Assembly (NCBI GenBank): GCA_047495785.1
Contig: JBLDXI010000151.1
Location: 1 to 17,515, forward strand
DNA: 17,515 nucleotides
DNA from: Lepidodermella squamata
Taxonomy: Eukaryota; Animalia; Gastrotricha
Direction of reading: 5' to 3'
The notes beneath the pieces are model-generated. The model did no database searches and was not told the DNA's origin. It worked only from the letters and a program-made list of their open reading frames with translations. The translations under genes and the position numbers were made by a program. The number at the start of each line of letters is the position of its first letter. Within the stretch, counting starts at the first letter, position 1. Of this stretch, positions 10,149 to 17,515 are shown in pieces.

Positions 10149-10511
10149 CTATTTAGGTCCACAGAAATAGTTCTGAAACGCGGCGTCTGATGAAAGAGCG
10201 TCGACGGTCATTTGCTTCGCCGTTGGAAAATAGCGGAAATATGATATATCCGATGCCACCTGTTGCCTGAGCGCGGTTTGCTGCGTTGTTGCGGCTATTG
10301 CGTCTCCGACTGCGAACACGAATATCCGGCCGCCCATCAGCTGTAATGCTGTAGCTTCGCCCTGGGCTTCGACTAGGGACGTTCCGCGACGTGTGTTGGT
10401 TAGATAAACGATTCTGAGGCTAGTGTTGTAGTCTTTCGCTTCGATTGGCAGAACTGGGACGACATTAGTTCGAATTGTCTGGAGCAATTTTGCCAAATCG
10501 TCATTCAAAGC
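10149..10511 (-). CDS. Terminal exon 14: C-terminal half of VWA domain; single copy, in the palindrome spacer
   Basis: ttttttacag|gct ttg aat; phase 0 matches exon 13; RIVYLTN, EATALQLMGGRIFVFAVG, LRQQVAS; terminal Cys, then TAG. Confidence 0.85.
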   Translation of the reverse strand, partial: ALNDDLAKLLQTIRTNVVPVLPIEAKDYNTSLRIVYLTNTRRGTSLVEAQGEATALQLMGGRIFVFAVGDAIAATTQQTALRQQVASDISYFRYFPTAKQMTVDALSSDAAFQNYFCGPK

Positions 10512-13500
10512 CTGTAAAAAACAGGCAATAAATTTAGCAATTTTCTAGAAAGTTCTGACTGGAATAGAAATAGAAAATGAACATAATTACCTATCATTAA
10601 TTCCTAAACCAGTTATAATGTGTAGATTATATGAGCTCCATTTTTTCAAGGTGATCTCAGGTGAGCCTAATTTTTCGCTCAAAATTTAAAAGTAAATTTC
10701 AAGGATTTTTTAACCGCCCAACAGTCTCAATTTTTTTCGAAATTAAGCGAAAATGCCGAATATTGAGGCATTATTTTTTCCGATTTTCTTTCGAAAAATG
10801 ATCAAATATTTTTACGTTTTTGAATTCAGCAACATTTGTATCCATCCAGTCATTCCATTCCGAAAGCGGTCCAACATTGCCGTTGCTTTGATCGGTAACA
10901 GTCACAGCTTTCGAAACGTAAGTCCGAGATGCTACCATGCCAGCCAGGGTGACTGCACCCGCCGAAAACGACGTTGTATCCGGCGTTGCAGCGCCCTTCG
11001 CATCGGTCAATTTTCGGTAGTTGGCCGGGACTGATTTCAAGAAATTCAACACGCTTTGCATCTCGGCTCTTGTGAAACCATCCGACTCTTGTAGGTCAAG
11101 GGCGAAAATCAAACTCATGGTTGGCGAACATCGGAAACGCTCTGAGAAAAAATATGTTAAGGCAATAATTTGAGGAAAACAAGAATTATTACTGATAGGG
11201 CTGCACAACGGCTGGCCAGACCAGCCTTTCGCAAAGCATTGAATAGCCGGGTAGCTGGTCAGCTGATAGCCCTCCAAGCACTGGTACCAAACAAGATCGC
11301 CGGGTATGCTGAAATTTGAATTAGTCGGGACTGTATTGACAACAGCAACGGCGTTAGCTACGACAGGGACTGGTCCACAAGTTGGGCCTGTGGTAGGCCG
11401 GGCTTCGCAACGCGGGGGAGCTGTCCAACCGCCGGAGCCAAGGCACTCGATGCGAGTGGTTCCTTTGAGAACGAAACCGCTGTTACAGGCGTAGATAACG
11501 TAACTCGTCACATCGCTAGCATTTCCGACAAAATTTGACTCGATCGCCTTGCCGTTTTCAACATCAGGAACTGCGCCACATGACACCTCTAAAAACATTA
11601 AAAAATAATGAAAAAACAATGGCCAAAGGGGAGATAAAATTTACGAGAGGAGATTGATTCGCATCTCGGTAATGAAGACCATTTCCCATTTTCCAAGCAC
11701 GTGACTTGAGGGTTTCCTAGCAATTTGAACCCGGTTGAACATGCGTAGGTCACTTGGCTGCCGGCAACACTAGGGCCACGATACGGCTGACTGATGAAGC
11801 CTTTGTTCACAGGAGGAGGCGCACCACACGTATCGGCTGAAAACATATTTAATTTTTTTTCAAGAATTCTCATTTTAAGAATTATAGCCAATTTAATATT
11901 AAAATTCAATAAAATTAATTTATATTTTATTTCTTGAATTTTTAATCAATTTCAACATTCTTTCCAATTTTTAAAATTTAAAATGGAAAATTTTAATTTT
12001 TTATAATTTTTTAATATTTTAATTTTTAGTTTTTCAACTTTAATGTTTAGCCTCACTTACTCAGTGTGTATTTGCATCTCGGCGCCGGAGTCCAACTTCC
12101 CGTTGCTAAGCAACGAACCGCATTCGAGCCTTCGATATCAAACCCGTTAAGACACTCGTACCACACAATGTCATTCGTAAGCGCCTGTGAGTTGCCTAAA
12201 ATTGTCGTAAATGTCACTCGCGAATTTTCAACTTTCGGCGCCAGCCCGCAACCGGTAACAGTTCCGGTCGCGCGGCACTGCGGCGGCAGGGTCCATGTGC
12301 CGGACGCCGTGCACGTTGAATCATCCGTTGCAGTGGTCGCCGAGAACCCGGTATTGCATCGGTATCGCACAAAATCACCAGCGACAGGCTTAGCATTGTC
12401 CTGATAAGATTTCGAGTAAATCACAGCATTTTCAACGTCAGCAGGCGGGTTGCAGCTCGCGCCTGATGCTGATACAAAAATATTTAGGTGGCTACAAATT
12501 TTCGCGAAAAATGTGGTTTTACCTGGTACGCAACTAGGCATTGGTGACCACGAGGAATTTGATTGGCAGGTCACGACTTCTCGACCCTGAACTTGGTAGC
12601 CGGCCAGGCAACTCAGCCAAACAACGTCGCCTTCTAAAGCGTTTGCATCTCGCTGACTCTTGAAAACAACTCGGGCATTTTCGACGGTGGGTAAATCGCC
12701 ACAAGAAGCAGCTTTAATTATAAAAACAATCAACAAGTGTTGCGAAATTCGAATATTGAAAAAAATTAAATTATTTTAAAATCGGATAATTCTCGTAAAA
12801 ATTTGATTATTTCAGATGTGAAGAATGTTGAGAAAATAAATTGAACAAAAATCCAAAAACTATTACTGAAAAAAATCAAGTAATTCAGTCTTACATTGTT
12901 TGACACATGCTGGCAAAGGCGACCAGTTAGTTCCGTCGCATTTGATGAAAGAAATGCCATTTGCTAGGGTGAAGCCGCTGTCGCATGTGTAGAACACGCG
13001 GTCGTCCAATGTGCCGGTATCAGCGGAAAATGTCTTGCCGCTGACTTTGCCGTTTGGAATTGTGGGAACGGCGCCACAGGACTTGCGAACTTCGCACTTC
13101 GGAGGGTCTGTCCATGTCCCATCAGCCGCACACTAAGAAAAAATGGGCAATATTTGATTTTTTTGTTGGCTAATCCATTGAACGGATTTGAGAGTCTGAA
13201 TGAAGGCAACATATTATTTTCAATTTTTAATTATTTTTTTTGTTGTTATTGAGAGGAAATGCCTGTCCATTCAGTTAAAAATGTCTCAAATAATAATAAT
13301 TCAAAAAATTATGTGGCTAAAATTCTAGCTTTCTCAAGCAAATTTACTCATTTTAAAGTTTAAATGATGAATCATTGGGAAGGCATTTCTTGAGAATGAT
13401 AACTGGGAAAGAATAGCTTGGCGTTAGGAAGTAACCTCTCTTATCGCAATGGTGGGAGAACAAGTCAGGATGGCCGAGCGGTCTAAGGCGCCAGACTCAA

Positions 13501-16500
13501 GATCTGGTCCTCGAAAGAGGGCGTGGGTTCGAACCCCACTTCTGACATGATTTTTTCTTTTTCATTTTTTTACTTTTATTTTTATTTCAAATTTCAAATA
13601 CAATTCAAGTGCGATTTCTCATATAAAACGGGTCATAGACAGGCGTCGCGCAAAATATTGGAAAATCGCGCACATAAAATCAAAACGTCGCGCAAAACAG
13701 AAAGGAGTGCCCTAATTAAACAATGCGCGACGCTTTTAATTATTATCTTTCCACTCTTATTTCAAATCTTGAGCGTAAGAATCAAATAAATCAAATAAAT
13801 TACTCAATCAATTTTGATTAATATTAACTTCGTCTATGGCAATGATGCCAATGATGAAAAATTCCACTAACCTGAACGTAGTTATTTCGCGTAGTCAACA
13901 AGTAGCCTTCCAAGCATTCATACATGACCAAACTGCCGCCAACCGGTGTTGTATCGTAACTTTTGTAAATAACAGCCGAATTCGCAACAGACGGCGGTGC
14001 CAGGCACAGAGACTGCGGAATATCCGACGCTTTCAAACACCTCGGCAGAGTCGACCAGCGGCCCGTGTCCTGGCAAACCGCCGTCGAAGGCACGGTATTC
14101 ACGACAAAGCCTTCATTACACCGGAAGAAAACTCGCGAACCAACAACCGACTTGGCATTCGAAAAATCTGAATAAAGCGCCTGGCCGTTGTCGATTTGAG
14201 GCGCGGCGCCGCATGTCGACACGCTTGACCGCACACAGCGCGGAGCCAGCGACCAGCCAGACGCGCCACACGTCACAACTGGGGACCCTTCAATCCGCCA
14301 CGATTCAGCGCATTGAAACGTGATTGTATCACCCAATTTCGGCACGGAATTCATCGCGGTTTGCGTTGAGATGAACCCGTTAGTTACCACGGGTAGTACC
14401 GAGCATGACGACGAACGGGTACATGTAGGAATCGCCGACCATTTCAGAGGGCTGGACGAGCAAACAACCTGCCGATCGCCGTTCATTTGATAACCGTCGT
14501 TACACATGAAAAACACGGTATCACCCAGACCGCCGTTTGACGGCGTCCCAGTGATGTATTGGGTGTAGATAACCCGGCCGTTGTCGATGGTCGGCGTCGC
14601 CCCGCATGAATCCACCTTATTCGAGCCGATACCACCAGCGGCTGAGGCTTGAATTCCGTCTAGCGGCTCGCAATTCGCGGTTTGAGACCAACTGCCGTTA
14701 GCCTGGCAAGTTATGACAACATAAGCCGCGTCCTGGACCTGGAAACCTGGTTCGCATTGGTAAAAGGCCTTGTCATCGGGGATACTGGTCGCGTCGAAAG
14801 TTTTCACGGTTAATTTCGCGTTTCTCAAATTAGGCGCAGCGCCACATCCCGCCGGGATGCAAGTCGGGGCTAAGGTCCAGGTTCCGGCTGGTTTTTGGCA
14901 GGTAACGGCGTTGATTCTCGGATCAGTCAATGCGAAGCCTAATTTGCATAGGTAAATGACTGAAGTCGCGTTGACCGAGGCGATGAAGCCGTTTTCGATA
15001 CTCGGCGGGGGTCGGCATGGGGCGAAGTTAATGGCCTGGATCGATCTGGCGCAAATCGGTAATTTCGACCAGCCATCCGGGGTGCAAATTACCGTATCAA
15101 TCGAGGTTACATCGAATTGATACCCGGAGTTGCATTGGTACTGTAAAATAGTTCCGATCGGGTATTTATCGAGACTCGACGAAATTTGGGTCACTAGCAA
15201 GGCGTTAGCAACGGGCTGAATCGGGCCGCAAGATGAGTCCTGATCTAGGTTCAGCTGTTCGATTGGGGCTGCGAGTGGCAGCTCGCGCGGGGGCTGGTTT
15301 ATAACTTTTTGGGTTGTGGCCGGGGTGGTTTTCGGTGTGGTTGAGGTTGGCTTGACGACTATTACTGGCTGAGCGTCGATGTTCATCCGATTTCCGACGT
15401 CGTTGTTGTCATTTGCGGCGTTGTTTGTGCTTCGGGAGCAACTTGGCATCACGCTCCAAGTACGGGATGTTTCGTCACCCGAGCATGTCACCGTCTCAGG
15501 GCCAACCAAAGCGTAACCGGTATCGCAAGAATCTGCAATGAAAAAAACGAAAGTTAAATAGATCAGGAAAATGTTACGAAATTTGAAAAAAATTGAAAAC
15601 TATCAAAAAAATATTTACTGGGTGTGCCAATTGGTCACCCTAAGTTAAGGGTTCCAGAACTAAATTTTCATAAATAGGGAAAAAATAAAAAAAACAAATG
15701 GAAATTTACAGCATGTCCCACAATTTATTCCATCCATTTTTTTATTTGCGCAACTTGTTCTAGAAAATTTAAATATTTTTTTCAACATTTAAACCTACAG
15801 GGAGGATCTTCCATTCTTTAAACGGGATTATACCGAAGAAATTAAAAATGTACCGAAAGAACCCGAAATATCCCGAAAAACCCCGATGGTAACTGGTTCG
15901 GTAATTTTTCTGTGATTTATCAAATTTCTTCGATTTTTTAATCCAATTGACAAGTGTTATACTCGATTAATATTCTCATGATTTTTGAATTTCGAATTTT
16001 TTCAATTCTTCTAGATTTTCCTAGCCATGAGATGTGACTTCGACTCTCAAAGTTTCTGATCCCGTTTCTGCGAATTCTTTGTTTGGGCTACTTATGGGAC
16101 ACGCTTTATCGAGAAACGCTGGAAGCTGGAACCTCAATTTTAAAGATGAAAATGTTTCTTCGTTATGAATTTTCTCAAAAATAAATTTTAACTTACAATA
16201 AAGAGTATCTCCTGGTCCTCCAAAGCGTGAATTTCCGCTCTTGAAAACAGACGATACCATTCGCCCATTTGCTATAGCTGGGGCCGGTCCGCAAGTTTTA
16301 TCCGAGCATTTCGGAACATTTCTCCAAGCTACTGGAGGTCCAGCTGAACACTCAGCCACGCCATTATTATCAGTATCAACCATGACATAGCCATCCAAGC
16401 ATTGATAGTAAACCTTATCACCAGGCATAGCCATATTCACGCCGAGATCGCTGTTTTTGAACTCGGATCTGACTTTGTTGCTGTAGGAGACATCTGGAGG

Positions 16501-17411
16501 TTTCCCGCAGTACCCACTTGGAACGGTATCGGGCGAGTTAGGCTTAGCGCGGCAAGTTGGCGGGGAGGTCCAAGCTACAGCATCAACGCTACCCTCACAC
16601 CAGACCCTGCCAGCTCCAACGAGCTCATAGCCAGAATTGCAGGCGTATATCACGTAATCGCCAAGTTCGAACTGACCTGACGTGCCGAGGTTAGTTTGAT
16701 CGATACGGCCAAATCGAATCGAAGGCGGAAATTCGCACATGACAGGCACGTCACTCCTTTGATCAGGTATGCAAGTCGGTAAAGTAGACCAATCGCCGGT
16801 GCTAGAACATGTCACTCGAGTTGGGCCTGATAACACGTAACCTCGATTGCATTTGTAAGTCAGCACACTGTCATTAGTCGCGACCGACTCAAAGTTCTGA
16901 CTCAACAAACGGCCATTGCTTATTGCGATAGTCGGGCTAGGGCAAAATGGTGACTTGGTCGTGGTTCGACCTGGCACGTTCAATGCAACGCATTGAGGTG
17001 GAGATGACCATTGGTTGTTGTTTTGGCAGAAAATTATATTCAGTCCCAACATTCGATAATTAGCGTTACATGCGTATTCAGTTGAGTCCAAGAAGATTGT
17101 CATGTTATTTGATAATGTTTGGCGGGTGATCGAGCCGTTATCGATTCGAGGAGCTGGGCCACACTTCGACCGTTGATTTATTGGGACTGCGACAGTGGTG
17201 GTTGTAGCGACAACTGGCGGAGCGATGCAAAGCGGAAGTTGGGTCCATCGCCAAGAGTTCAAACAGGTGATAACTGGTTTGCTATCAGAGCTCATCATAT
17301 AACCGGACATGCAAGTATATTCTACGGTATCTCCAACAACTGCGTAGTTTTTGAAGGATCGCTTGGTAACAACAGCATTTGGAACTCCAGGACCATTCGA
17401 GCCACAAGAAG
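10149..17411 (-). CDS. Multi-Sushi/CCP + C-terminal VWA protein, - strand copy with intact 3' end (continues beyond window)
   Basis: Exons 17411-16197, 15532-13872, 13132-12895, 12711-12523, 12468-12061, 11836-11645, 11588-11193, 11141-10816, 10511-10149. Frame is open through all GT-AG junctions to TAG at 10151-10149. Encodes CCP13-32 plus VWA. Confidence 0.9.
10816..11141 (-). CDS. Mirror exon 13 (VWA N-half)
   Basis: Reverse complement of 9540-9865. Confidence 0.78.
11193..11588 (-). CDS. Mirror exon 12 (CCP31-32, intact frame)
   Basis: Within ORF 10771-11619. Confidence 0.85.
11645..11836 (-). CDS. Mirror exon 11 (CCP30)
   Basis: Reverse complement of 8844-9035. Confidence 0.85.
12061..12468 (-). 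CDS. Mirror exon 10 (CCP28-29)
   Basis: Reverse complement of 8212-8619. Confidence 0.82.
12523..12711 (-). CDS. Mirror exon 9 (CCP27)
   Basis: Reverse complement of 7968-8156. Confidence 0.8.
12895..13132 (-). CDS. Mirror exon 8 (end of CCP25, CCP26)
   Basis: Reverse complement of 7547-7784. Confidence 0.85.
13464..13547 (+). tRNA. trnL-CAA: tRNA-Leu(CAA), mirror copy
   Basis: Identical to 7132-7215; 84 nt. Confidence 0.96.
13551..13556 (+). terminator. Pol III T6 terminator of tRNA-Leu
   Basis: TTTTTT starting 3 nt after the discriminator base. Confidence 0.75.
13872..15532 (-). CDS. Mirror exon 7 (CCP18-25)
   Basis: Identical 561-aa ORF translation. Confidence 0.88.
15709..16106. mobile_element. 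Mirror copy of the putative MITE
   Basis: Reverse complement of 4573-4970. Confidence 0.45.
16197..17411 (-). CDS. Mirror exon 6 (CCP13-18) with intact acceptor
   Basis: atttttcag|CT TCT TGT GGC TCG AAT GGT CCT = (A)SCGSNGP. Confidence 0.88.
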
Positions 17412-17515
17412 CTGAAAAATCATTAAACTTTCAATTTTCTGAAACTTTTGAACACAAAACCAGTGGATGGAGAAGGATCCTGGAGGTGGGGGTAAGGGTC
17501 GGGGTGACCAGTTGT

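Larger units (their letters stand above)
10534..17515 (-). repeat. Right arm of giant inverted repeat
   Basis: Begins ttagcaattttctagaaag = reverse complement of ctttctagaaaattgctaa ending at 10147; continues to the window end. Confidence 0.98.

Noticed and set aside
10149-10508. Independent 119-aa gene or recombinase in the spacer
   Set aside because: It starts at TTG just after a splice acceptor and completes the VWA domain of exon 13 in phase. No recombinase motifs.
10527-10532. AATAAA as the poly(A) signal of the + copy
   Set aside because: It is the antisense of the T-rich acceptor region and is expected by chance in AT-rich DNA.
216-17415. Many short alternative-frame and antisense ORFs (e.g. 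492-752, 1651-2040, 3999-4277, 6356-6682, 8276-8614 and their mirrors)
   Set aside because: Shadow ORFs overlapping real exons. They have no recognisable motifs, and their duplication simply reflects the palindrome.
3164-17515. Arms as terminal inverted repeats of a giant transposon or a viral genome end (poxvirus CCP proteins)
   Set aside because: The arms consist of a spliced host gene plus a nuclear-type tRNA. No transposase or viral genes are present.
1-17515. CRISPR array, prokaryotic operon, or a specific taxon assignment
   Set aside because: No repeat-spacer array and the DNA is clearly intron-containing. Short introns and some TTTTCAG acceptors hint at a small invertebrate but are not diagnostic.

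Overview
Eukaryotic (animal-like) genomic DNA with GT-AG introns, many of them 51-56 nt. The window holds one large multi-exon gene for a probably secreted protein: at least 32 tandem Sushi/CCP modules followed by a C-terminal, MIDAS-degenerate VWA domain. The composite model is about 2,460 aa and its 5' end lies outside the window. The dominant structure is a giant near-perfect palindrome: 3164-10147 is mirrored by 10534-17515 and runs off the window edge. The 386-bp unique spacer (10148-10533) contains exactly the gene's last exon, on the - strand. The - copy therefore has an intact 3' end. The + copy lacks the last exon and carries a 1-bp frameshift and a scrambled splice acceptor. An intronless tRNA-Leu(CAA) and a probable Tc1/mariner-type MITE sit in introns and are duplicated with the arms. 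The junction features and error pattern favour a fold-back chimera from amplification or long-read assembly, but a very recent real inverted duplication (shared flippable last exon, hairpin RNA) cannot be excluded without reads.
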